In this document: piece after piece, positions 30,135 through 38,359 of the stretch
Numbering within the stretch: position 1 is the first letter of the stretch
Layout of the letters: each line of letters begins with the position of its first letter
NCBI GenBank assembly: GCA_047285805.1
Contig: JBJBCN010000002.1
Coordinates: 128,001 to 192,000 of the forward strand
DNA from: Synechococcus sp.
GTDB lineage: Bacteria; Cyanobacteriota; Cyanobacteriia; PCC-6307; Cyanobiaceae
Direction of reading: 5' to 3'
Length of the DNA stretch: 64,000 nt
Translations under genes and position numbers: made by a program
Notes under the pieces: generated by a model
The model's database searches: none
What the model was told of the DNA's origin: nothing
The model's input: only the letters and a program-made list of their open reading frames with translations

Positions 30135-31242
30135 TGCTGGCGACTACTTCCTTGTCCTCGCTCTGCTGTTGAATCGATTCTGGTTGCATCAGGTCCACCT
30201 TCTTGAGACTTTCGGCCATTACTTTGATTCCATCTGGAACCACTAAGGCATGCACCGCAACCGATCTCGCTAACGCAGCTGCCTGCATAAAGAGCTGTGC
30301 TTCTGCCTCCATGCCGCGATACATTCTGGCGTGAAAGGCCTGGTTGCGCAGTCTCATTAATGCGGCTGTTTGTGAGAAACTGCGTGAAGCCCTGATAGAT
30401 GGTTTTGCCTTGTTAACGCCTTCTTCAGTGTCATTCTCTTTAACCGATTCTTCTTTAGCCCGATTTAAATTATAGACGAGTCGCAATGGTGTTGGCTGTG
30501 GCATGCAAGTTAAATCTTCAGCTAGCAGTGCATAGCGCTTTAGACCCTTCCGTACCGGTGGTAGCTGCGCCCAATTTAGATCCAATGCCATAGCTGCGTC
30601 ATGCCAGAGCTTGAGTTGATGCATCCCTGGCTGCACAATCCCATCGTTGCCAATGGCAACAAGTTCACTACTGAGTAGGCGCCACCCTTCTTGAAGTAGA
30701 CACCAGGCCAAGGTGGACTTGCCAGCAGCTGGATGGCCCATTAGGAGGATGGCCTCACCATCACGCTCCAGTGCTGTTCCATGCAACACCAATAAACCAC
30801 GCTGGATCGCCAACGCCCCGAGCCCACTGGTGACAGCAAACGTACGAATGTCGCGATCGCTGACGCTGTCGTCCCAGCGCTGCCATTCCAAACATTCACC
30901 ACCCGTGGCACGAAACCAGCCAATACCTTCTAGTTCCAGGCGCCAATCTTGCTGTGCTAACTGCAACGTCGGCGTGCTGTGAGGGCTCGGCTCAAGGCTG
31001 GGCCATTGCTGGTGATCAGCTTCCTTCAGCTCCACTAGCGTCTCACTGCCGGCGAGTGGAACTGCATCGGCTGGCATCAACTCCGGCAAAACCAACGACG
31101 ACGACAGCAGCATCCCGAAAGCTTGATAGGTTCCAGGAGTCGCGGCAGCCATCAGCTCAAGAACTGGCGTTGCGATGTCAATGCTCTCATCTCTGCGCGT
31201 TTTAATCGCGCAATCGATGCCAATATGAACAATCGCGTTCAA
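30127..31242 (-). CDS. HPr kinase-like P-loop kinase (lasso-peptide-cluster type)
   Basis: QRGLLVLHGTAL, Walker A GHPAAGKSTLA, LLSSEL, LKLWHDA; start may be ATG 31152. Confidence 0.85.
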   Translation of the reverse strand: MNAIVHIGIDCAIKTRRDESIDIATPVLELMAAATPGTYQAFGMLLSSSLVLPELMPADAVPLAGSETLVELKEADHQQWPSLEPSPHSTPTLQLAQQDWRLELEGIGWFRATGGECLEWQRWDDSVSDRDIRTFAVTSGLGALAIQRGLLVLHGTALERDGEAILLMGHPAAGKSTLAWCLLQEGWRLLSSELVAIGNDGIVQPGMHQLKLWHDAAMALDLNWAQLPPVRKGLKRYALLAEDLTCMPQPTPLRLVYNLNRAKEESVKENDTEEGVNKAKPSIRASRSFSQTAALMRLRNQAFHARMYRGMEAEAQLFMQAAALARSVAVHALVVPDGIKVMAESLKKVDLMQPESIQQQSEDKEVVASND

Positions 31243-31441
31243 AAAGGAACTGAGGCTGCATGCTCGCCATGCCCCTGGACTACCGACGCGCCATCACCAT
31301 CAATACGAATCGGACCGGCCCCTTATTGACCGTCACCCGCAAAAGAACGGGGAAGGCTGGCTGCTGATCAAACAGGAGCGGCTTGGAGCTGCCTTAAGTA
31401 CAAACTTGATTCTCTTGTTAGAGGACAATCTGGTCCCAGTG

Positions 31442-31603
31442 TTGATTCATTCAGACATTCTCAAAGGTGCTCAAGCACTAAACCATTCATTAGAGATCAG
31501 GTCCGAGTCCCTTCCAGAGCTTTTCCCGCTCTTCGCAGTTGGTCTGGTCATCACTCAGCGCGAGCTGTTGATGCACCTATGGCGCCATGAGGTCGATGGC
31601 TAG
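31442..31603 (+). CDS. 53-aa element protein, copy 3
   Basis: IHSDILKGAQAL...SLPELFPLFAVGL...QRELLMHLWR. Confidence 0.7.
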   Translation: MIHSDILKGAQALNHSLEIRSESLPELFPLFAVGLVITQRELLMHLWRHEVDG

Positions 31604-31952
31604 AGCAACCGCTGCCACCATTGCTGACCGGGTCGAAACCCTTCAGGAGAAGATCCTGGAGGGGACATCGAACACCGTCTGTCTCGCCTATGCGCGACGT
31701 GAGTGGGGGGTCTCAAGGGCTCAGGGCTACCGACTGCTCAAGCGGGCGTGGCAGCAGATCGCCGAGGACATTGATCGTGTCGGGATCGACCGGCGCGAAA
31801 TGTTGAGCTGGGCTATCCACCAGCTCCAGTCAGCGGCTGGGCTGGCCCTCAGTCAGAAGAACCCTGGAGCGGTGGTCGGTGCCATCAGGGAGATGGATGT
31901 ACTGCTTGGGCTTGGCGCCAGCAGCAACGCCCGTGGCCAGCGGTGGCGCTGA
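31596..31952 (+). CDS. Element HTH protein (possibly terminase small subunit-like or a regulator)
   Basis: YARREWGVSRAQGYRLLKRA HTH-like segment; overlaps the upstream gene. Confidence 0.7.
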   Translation: MARATAATIADRVETLQEKILEGTSNTVCLAYARREWGVSRAQGYRLLKRAWQQIAEDIDRVGIDRREMLSWAIHQLQSAAGLALSQKNPGAVVGAIREMDVLLGLGASSNARGQRWR

Positions 31953-32198
31953 TCAGAAGTACTGGCGGTAGGGACGCCCTTCCTTGGTGGTGCCCTCGGT
32001 GTATCGCCCGCCTCGGGGGCCGTACTGGGTTTCGTTGTTGAAGCTGGCTGCACTGTTGCGGCTCTGCCGCTTCAGCTCAGAGCTGCGAGCAACAGACTCA
32101 GCAGCTTTTTTCATGGCTTGAGCCGCCCTTCGGAGCCTGACGTTCGGCGGATCTTTCGTGTCCCCGTAAGGACTGCCTGACCAGTTGATCAACGGCAT
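31953..32198 (-). CDS. Small basic hypothetical protein
   Basis: GPRGGRY...RPYRQYF; AGGAGGA RBS upstream. Confidence 0.6.
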   Translation of the reverse strand: MPLINWSGSPYGDTKDPPNVRLRRAAQAMKKAAESVARSSELKRQSRNSAASFNNETQYGPRGGRYTEGTTKEGRPYRQYF

Positions 32199-32237
32199 TC
32201 CTCCTGTGACCGCCCCAACATTAGGCGGCTGATTCCA

Positions 32238-32438
32238 TCACCAAGGCTCCTTCTCCCAATGGTCACGCCGGAGCTTGCGGCAGAGGTCGCACATGCAGGT
32301 GAAGTCGTCACCCTCGCCCTCGTACCCGTTGAATCCACCCACGCCCCAGCGGGTGTGAAGGGTCCAGCGGAACTCGACGGCCAGCTCCTCGTCAGTGGGT
32401 CGGGTGTTCAGGCCGCTGGTCATGCCTCCATGGTGCAC
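32238..32438 (-). CDS. Small hypothetical protein with CxCxxC
   Basis: CMCDLC; GGAGG before the internal Met at 32423. Confidence 0.5.
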   Translation of the reverse strand: MHHGGMTSGLNTRPTDEELAVEFRWTLHTRWGVGGFNGYEGEGDDFTCMCDLCRKLRRDHWEKEPW

Positions 32439-32452
32439 CTAGCGTCTGCGGC

Positions 32453-32659
32453 ATGAAACGCCTGCTTCTGCTGCTGGTGCCGATTGCCCTCCTGGCAGGG
32501 TGCCAAAAGACTTACCCAGATTCCGAGGCGGCTTACTTCGCCTGCCTTGAATTTGAGATGGAGAAGAAGGTGGACAGGACCCGCTGTCGATCCGCAAGGT
32601 CCTCAAAGCCGCACTACAAGACCGAGTTCCGAGGCAAGGACTACCGCTTCTACTACTGA
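32453..32659 (+). CDS. Small lipoprotein
   Basis: MKRLLLLLVPIALLAGC lipobox. Confidence 0.7.
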   Translation: MKRLLLLLVPIALLAGCQKTYPDSEAAYFACLEFEMEKKVDRTRCRSARSSKPHYKTEFRGKDYRFYY

Positions 32660-32914
32660 GGCATCGTGTGCCAGTGGGTTTGAGACGCCGGAGACCTTGT
32701 CCAGCCAGGTCTGTCCAGACCCTCGATCCGAAGTCGTATCGCTGAGGTTCCGGCCAGGTGGCCGGTGGTGAGACGCCAAAACCCAGGCCCAGCTGGGCCT
32801 AAGACTCACCGCCGCCGGCGAACTGTCCTGCGTCACTGCCTATCCCGCCGGTACGCCAGGGCTGCATCTGATCCAAAAGATGTGTGCAAGCATCCTCCGA
32901 GCTTCTAGAAGGAC

Positions 32915-33217
32915 ATGGCCAAGGGCTACTGGAACGTCGCGGGCACAATCACCAATCCAGAAGGGATGGGGCCTTACATCGCAGCCGCAGGAACCTATCT
33001 CGCCAAATGCGGAGCACGCTTCCTTGTTCGAGAGCTGAACACTGATGTCCGCGAAGGCAACCCGGGCCATCTGACCGTGATCATCGAATTCGAGAGCCTG
33101 GCTGCTGCGAAGGCTGCTTACGAGGCTGTTGAGTACCAGGAACTCAAGAAACTCCGCGACCCGCACAGCAATGTCTGTGTTTCCATCATCGAGGAAGGCG
33201 ATCATGCCGGGCACTGA
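32915..33217 (+). CDS. DUF1330 family protein
   Basis: MAKGYW, GARFLVR, VIIEFESLAAAKAAY..EYQ. Confidence 0.85.
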   Translation: MAKGYWNVAGTITNPEGMGPYIAAAGTYLAKCGARFLVRELNTDVREGNPGHLTVIIEFESLAAAKAAYEAVEYQELKKLRDPHSNVCVSIIEEGDHAGH

Positions 33218-33335
33218 GCTTTCCGTAGCCATGAAAAAACCGCGGTGGCTTCTCCGCGGCTTAGATCTCCCTACCCAGGAATCCTCCCGGATGTCGTCAT
33301 GGTGCCGGCGCTCGTAGCCGTTTCAATCCGTACGT

Positions 33336-34763
33336 CTACTCAGGCTCATCGTCCTCCATCAGGTAGGGCAGTGCCCCTCGGGCGGGAGGTACTTGCTCCA
33401 GACCCATTGGCAGCATTGGGATCTCTTTAGTTCCCGGCACTTCCCCTGCGGGTAAAGCTGGGCGTTCTGGAGTTCCCGGGGGGAAGTCGTCGGGAACTTG
33501 GGAGACTTCAGTCACTGACTGACTTCTCGCTAAATTCCTTCCTTCCTCCCTTGCGTCCCCACGCGACTGGAGCCGCTGAAGCTCTTTCGGTGGCAGGGCG
33601 TAGTGACCGCGGTGCGGCCTGACGATTCTCTTCTCGCCGAACAGGCTCCCGAGGGTGTTGTCCACGGTTTTCGCCGCGAAGCTGTGCTTCTGGAACACCT
33701 CGTCGACTACGCCTCTGCGGCTGATCGACATCACCCCGCGCTGATGCCCGCCCCAGAGGACATCGATCACGGCTTCCGAGCAGTTGCCGACGATCTCGAC
33801 TTCCGGTGCGATCAGTAGCTGGCCTGTCTCCCGGTTCAGGCTGTAGACCACACCCCGCAGGGGATCGACCACAGCTGCTCGATCCTTCTTGAACTCGGCT
33901 TTGACGCCAAGGTCTTTGCCTTCGTCATCCTGTTGCCGGCTCAGCCGGATGACCATCGATGGCTCTTCAGCCCTTGCCTTTGCCCCGCTGTGGGCACCGT
34001 CTTTGGTTCCGTCATGGGACAGGAAGACGATGCTCGCGTCGTGTGGCTGGCAGATGCTTTGCCGCAGGTAGCGCAACATGTTGCCGACGCTTTCGTTCGA
34101 CGAGTAGCTCCACCCAGCTGCGCTGCTGACTGACTTCGCAGAGTCGATGAGCACCAAGTCGATCGAGTGCTTTTGGATGAACCGCTTCAGCTCGACAACT
34201 CCGTTGATGTCGGCTCGCCAGGCTTCATGGCCTTGATCTGGGGCGTGAGCCCAAGTCCAGATCATTTGAGCGGGGTCGCCGTTGGTCAGCAGCGCGTCGT
34301 GCGGGTCGATGGCCAGGTCATCCATCGCTTTGATCAGCGGCCCGGCGCCGCTGTCAGTCGCGATGAAGAGGCTGCGCCCCGTGTTGCTGTTGCCTGTTCG
34401 ATCTAGGAACGGCAACCCCTTGGCGAGTGCCCATGCCAAACCCAGCGCCATGGTGGTTTTGCCACAGCCGTAGGACCCGTAGATCAGGGCCGCATCACCC
34501 CTAGGTACCCATCCATCGATCAGATACCGGAGCTGCTCGATCCTGGTGAGGTCAACACCGTCGTGCTTTTTCCTGACCTTGGTTGTGGCCTGGTCTCCAA
34601 GGATTCGGAACAGGCGGCTGTTGATCTGCTCGTCGGTCAGTCGGAACTGCCCCTTGAGCGTCGATCGACAATCCATCTCGTCGTCTTCGCGCCGGTCCCT
34701 AATCGCTTCCAGCAGGAGCTGAAGGGTTTCCGTGAAAGCCAGAGCGTCGCTTGCTTCACTCAT
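33336..34763 (-). CDS. AAA/RecA-like (RepA-type) replicative helicase
   Basis: Walker A GSYGCGKT, Walker B LVLIDS, VFLSH, C-terminal wHTH-like region. Confidence 0.85.
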   Translation of the reverse strand: MSEASDALAFTETLQLLLEAIRDRREDDEMDCRSTLKGQFRLTDEQINSRLFRILGDQATTKVRKKHDGVDLTRIEQLRYLIDGWVPRGDAALIYGSYGCGKTTMALGLAWALAKGLPFLDRTGNSNTGRSLFIATDSGAGPLIKAMDDLAIDPHDALLTNGDPAQMIWTWAHAPDQGHEAWRADINGVVELKRFIQKHSIDLVLIDSAKSVSSAAGWSYSSNESVGNMLRYLRQSICQPHDASIVFLSHDGTKDGAHSGAKARAEEPSMVIRLSRQQDDEGKDLGVKAEFKKDRAAVVDPLRGVVYSLNRETGQLLIAPEVEIVGNCSEAVIDVLWGGHQRGVMSISRRGVVDEVFQKHSFAAKTVDNTLGSLFGEKRIVRPHRGHYALPPKELQRLQSRGDAREEGRNLARSQSVTEVSQVPDDFPPGTPERPALPAGEVPGTKEIPMLPMGLEQVPPARGALPYLMEDDEPE

Positions 34764-35358
34764 CTCCCCGCTCCAAAGCTGCGATGTCCTCAGGGGTTGG
34801 GATTCCGAAGAACCACCTCGCGTTGTCGCGCTGGTAGGCGATGGCCTTCATTCGGTTTCTCAGAGTTTTGAGGTGCCGCTTCCAGCTCGGGTCGGCTGCG
34901 GCGATTGACTTCACCACCGGCTCCAACGCCAGCCCCTGGTCGGCGGTGCTGATGATCACGGGTAAATAGCGATCGGCTTCGTCGGCAGTTAGCAGTTCGA
35001 ACTCGGGGCACCGCAATGCTTCGCGGAAGCTGAGGTTGAACTGACGCAGTCGTCGGTAGGCCGCAAGTTGGCGGACCCGTCGTTCTGGTGCCTCTAGCTT
35101 TCTGACTCGCTTGGAAGCAGCCCCTCGGTCGGGCCTGAACTCGAAGGCGTTACCACTGAATCCGGCATCGGTCCTGCCCAGGTGCCAAGCGGCACCGTTG
35201 ACTGAGATGACATCACCAGGTCGCAGGTGTTGCGGCGGATGGAACCGTGTGCCGGAATGGCACAAGATCAGGTCATCGCTGAAACGGCAGTCACCATCAA
35301 CGTTTCGCCCGCAGGCGGGGCATGGCTGTCGCGGACTTAATTTCTGGAGGTGCATCAC
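34756..35358 (-). CDS. Primase-associated Zn-finger protein
   Basis: CPACGRNVDGDC...ILCH N-terminus; overlaps the helicase start. Confidence 0.7.
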   Translation of the reverse strand: MMHLQKLSPRQPCPACGRNVDGDCRFSDDLILCHSGTRFHPPQHLRPGDVISVNGAAWHLGRTDAGFSGNAFEFRPDRGAASKRVRKLEAPERRVRQLAAYRRLRQFNLSFREALRCPEFELLTADEADRYLPVIISTADQGLALEPVVKSIAAADPSWKRHLKTLRNRMKAIAYQRDNARWFFGIPTPEDIAALERGDE

Positions 35359-35532
35359 CGACCTCCTTGCGCATGCTTTGGCGCACTTAGAGCCTTGTCG
35401 GCGAAGTTGAAGCTAGTGGCCTCACTCTTCTTGGCTGTTTTGAACGGTTGCTCCGTTAGCAGCCGATCCGGTCTTAACGTTGGCGTAGCGATATTCCAAC
35501 GGTGACCGGCGCGTTTTGCGTCGGTCATTTTT

Positions 35533-35775
35533 TTATTGGAGTGTCTTCAGAACTGCTTCTGCTCCAAGTCGCATGAGCCCGCGACGGTGAAACTCTGCTC
35601 TGCACGCAGTGACGTTCCAGCTAATCGCCGATGCACCGGTTGGTCCGTAACTCCAGTGACGACCGGCAACTAAAAAGCCGCCATCAATGTCGCGATAACG
35701 CTTGAGAGTTTTTGCGCTGTAGCAAAGCGCGTGAATAGCCAGTGGCGTTGGCAGCCACTCGTCTGAGGAATTCAT
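35533..35775 (-). CDS. Excisionase-like HTH protein
   Basis: 80 aa, WLPTPLAIHALCYSAKTLKRYRD...GRHW; directly downstream of the integrase. Confidence 0.7.
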   Translation of the reverse strand: MNSSDEWLPTPLAIHALCYSAKTLKRYRDIDGGFLVAGRHWSYGPTGASAISWNVTACRAEFHRRGLMRLGAEAVLKTLQ

Positions 35776-36049
35776 TTCTCATTGGAGGTGCCTTGCTCTA
35801 CGAGTGTTCCGCTTAAGCCTCTTCTCTCCCGTAAGGAGTGGGCAGAACTAACTCGGAGACACCCACCGGCGTAGCCGTCAACTCAGACTCCCACAGGGAG
35901 ATGGGCACAGCCCTCAAACTGAATTCAGTGGTTCAATCCGATTACGACGCGGCACAGCCTTGTCGATTTCGCAATCGAGCCTTGGCACAACCATGACTCG
36001 AAGGTTCTTTGTCCGGATGAGCAAGTTATCCGGCGTGAACAAATTACTT

Positions 36050-37381
36050 CTAGATGGATTCCCTGGGTATGTCAAGGGTCGCCAAGGTGCACCAGGGATT
36101 AATTCCATTGTTGGATCCTATTTGTAGCTTCGCTACTGCATCTTTCAGCCCCGCGTCATCTACCCATCGTCCGTAAGTTGAGTGGTGGACTTGTGGGCTG
36201 TGTCCCATGAGTGCTGCTGCATCTCTGATCGCCATGGGTCGGTCGTAAGCCTTGTGCGCCCGCCATGCCCACCCGTGCCGAAGGCTGTATGGCGTCAGGC
36301 CGGGATGTTTCGCCACCAGCGACTGCCAGGGCTTGTATCGCTCTAGTTGTTGGCGGAACTCATCACCAACAGGCTTCCAGCCTTTCTCGTCCACTGTGTT
36401 GATGCGTTTCAGCAGTGCCGCTGGGAACTGGACCATCCCGCTGCGCCACAACGCCAGTATTCGCTGCCCCTCGCCCTCGCGTCCAGGGATGTCCAAGGGT
36501 TGAACAAGTCGGGGCGCTTTCACCCGCTGCCTCAGTGTCTTGCTGTTGCGTTTGACGGTGCTTCGGACCTTCAGGTCACCGTCTTCAACCACCAAGGCGC
36601 CCAGTTCGGCTGGTCGGAGCCCGTAGAGCCCAACTAGTGCCGTCGCCAGCATCAAGCCCACCTTGTCGTCAGCACGCATTGCGTCCAGGAGATTCCCTAG
36701 GTCCTCGGGCATCACCGGCGGGGTCAGGGCGTACTCGGTTGGTCGGTCGTCCGCCCCGACTAGCTCTCGGACTTCCTCCCGTTCCAGAGGCAGCCATCGC
36801 TGGTCGTATCCGAAGTGCTTAACGGCAAAGCGCAGAAGCCCGGAAACGTTGTTGAGCTGCGTGACCCGTCCGCTTCCCCCAGGGCGGCATTGAGCGAAGT
36901 GCTGTGCGGCATAGCAGCGCATCAGTTGACTTCCGTCTCTCGGGCGCGGCTTGCGGTCCAGGGTCTCCAGTACCCGCTGCATGTGGCAGTTCAGATCCTT
37001 GAGGGTTGTTCCACGACGGTTGGCTCGTGAGGCAATGAATTCCTCCACCACCAGCGGCCACCCTTGATCTGCCACGGGCTTGGAGGACGTCGCCGGAGCT
37101 GCCTCTCTGGCGCTCCATAGCGCCTTCGCATCAGCCAGGGAGCAATGCCGGCTATCCACCAGCTCTTTGATGCTGCAGACCGCCGTGAGGATCGCTGCGG
37201 AGTCGGTGGCGGACCATCCCGTGCCCAGCATCACGCTCTGCCTGGGATTCGCCTGCTGCCTGCCCTCGTTGAAGCGCCTTGTGAGCTGGCAATCACCATT
37301 GCGCTCGGCAATGCCCCAGCCGGGTCCGCAGGAGTGCTTGATCTGCCGTCTCAAGCCCTGAAACCACTGTTCCCGACTCAT
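36050..37381 (-). CDS. Tyrosine recombinase / integrase
   Basis: GLRPAEL (R), YSLRHGWA, LMGHS, HSTYGRW (Y); adjacent to the tRNA att. Confidence 0.93.
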   Translation of the reverse strand: MSREQWFQGLRRQIKHSCGPGWGIAERNGDCQLTRRFNEGRQQANPRQSVMLGTGWSATDSAAILTAVCSIKELVDSRHCSLADAKALWSAREAAPATSSKPVADQGWPLVVEEFIASRANRRGTTLKDLNCHMQRVLETLDRKPRPRDGSQLMRCYAAQHFAQCRPGGSGRVTQLNNVSGLLRFAVKHFGYDQRWLPLEREEVRELVGADDRPTEYALTPPVMPEDLGNLLDAMRADDKVGLMLATALVGLYGLRPAELGALVVEDGDLKVRSTVKRNSKTLRQRVKAPRLVQPLDIPGREGEGQRILALWRSGMVQFPAALLKRINTVDEKGWKPVGDEFRQQLERYKPWQSLVAKHPGLTPYSLRHGWAWRAHKAYDRPMAIRDAAALMGHSPQVHHSTYGRWVDDAGLKDAVAKLQIGSNNGINPWCTLATLDIPRESI

Positions 37382-37479
37382 GTGCGCAGAAATTTCCCCA
37401 TGCGCAGAATCATGCGCAGAAGTGGGGTTCTCTGGGATGCCCCAGGTAGGACAACATGCGCAGATGCTGCGTCCTAGGC

Positions 37480-37506
37480 ACAAAAAAACCCAGTCAGTGA
37501 CTGGGT
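37480..37506 (-). terminator. Element-supplied terminator after tRNA-Ala
   Basis: Minus strand acccagtcactgactgggttttttt. Confidence 0.75.
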
Positions 37507-37514
37507 CCTCTAAG

Positions 37515-37587
37515 TGGAGCCAAGGAGACTCGAACTCCTGACCCCCTGCATGCCATGCAGGTGCTCTACCAGCTGAGCTATGGCCCC
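37515..37587 (-). tRNA. tRNA-Ala (GGC)
   Basis: GGGGCCATAGCTCAGCTGGTAGAGCACCTGCATGGCATGCAGGGGGTCAGGAGTTCGAGTCTCCTTGGCTCCA folds as a cloverleaf. Confidence 0.97.
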
Positions 37588-37677
37588 TTTGGGTATCGAT
37601 GAACTCGCCTGGCGCTGGTCGTCAGGGATGGCCCGAAGGCCGTGTCTCCGATGGAGAAAGCTTACACCGCAGAGGGT

Positions 37678-38304
37678 TTAAACCTGACGCCAGACCGCCA
37701 CCAGCTTCCCTTGGATGGCCACTTGCTCGGCATCCACCAGGATCGGTTCGTAGGCGGGATTCGCGGCCTCAAGGCGCACCTGCCGGCCGTCGCGATGGAA
37801 GTGCTTGAGGGTGGTTCCGCTGCCGGGCACCATGGCGCTGACGATCGTGCCCTCCCGCAGTCGGCTCGGCTCCATGACGGGCTCCATCAAAACGACGTCA
37901 CCGTCGGCGATGTGGGCATCCACCATCGAGTCGCCGTTGACCGTCAGGGCGAAGAGGCCGCGGGTGGCCAGCACCGGCTCCAGCTCCAGCCGCTGCTCGA
38001 CGTCGTCAAAGGCTTCGACCAGACCACCGGCAGCAACGGCACCCAGCACAGGAATGCCACCACCTATGGCGTCGCCGAGCAGTTGCAGGGTTCGGGCCTG
38101 GCCTTCATTCCAGGTGATCCAACCCTTCTGTTGCAGGTGGCGCAGGCGGCTCTGAATCGGCGCCGGAGAGCGAAGCCCCATCGCCTCCATCATTTGCCGA
38201 ATCGAGGGGCTGTGGCGGTGTTCGCCGATGTACTCGGAGAGCCAGTCGTAGAGCTCTTGCTGGGCGGTGGTCAGGGGCTCAGGCGATCCAGCGGGCACCG
38301 GCAA
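37678..38304 (-). CDS. lexA: LexA repressor
   Basis: SPSIRQM HTH, VAAG cleavage site, GDSM, TLKHF, ANPAYEPI. Confidence 0.96.
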   Translation of the reverse strand: MPVPAGSPEPLTTAQQELYDWLSEYIGEHRHSPSIRQMMEAMGLRSPAPIQSRLRHLQQKGWITWNEGQARTLQLLGDAIGGGIPVLGAVAAGGLVEAFDDVEQRLELEPVLATRGLFALTVNGDSMVDAHIADGDVVLMEPVMEPSRLREGTIVSAMVPGSGTTLKHFHRDGRQVRLEAANPAYEPILVDAEQVAIQGKLVAVWRQV

Positions 38305-38317
38305 TGCATTTGTTCGT

Positions 38318-38333
38318 CAATACATTTGTACCG
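38318..38333. promoter_or_regulatory. Putative LexA (SOS) box upstream of lexA
   Basis: cggtacaaatgtattg (minus strand), close to the cyanobacterial AGTACWNWTGTACT palindrome. Confidence 0.65.
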
Positions 38334-38359
38334 CCGGGCCTTTGCTTTGGCAACCGGTT

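Larger units (their letters stand above)
16257..37556. mobile_element. ~21 kb integrative element / genomic island at tRNA-Ala(GGC), tycheposon/satellite-like
   Basis: Flanking tRNA 3' direct repeats, integrase next to the tRNA, Xis-like, primase-like and helicase genes, lower and variable GC. Confidence 0.9.

Noticed and set aside
31310..31380. Possible DUF1651-like N-terminal remnant (DRHPQKNGEGWLL)
   Set aside because: Too short and lacks a start codon; the similarity is from memory only
37382..37483. N-terminal extension of the integrase ORF
   Set aside because: It covers the arm-type repeats; ATG 37381 is more plausible
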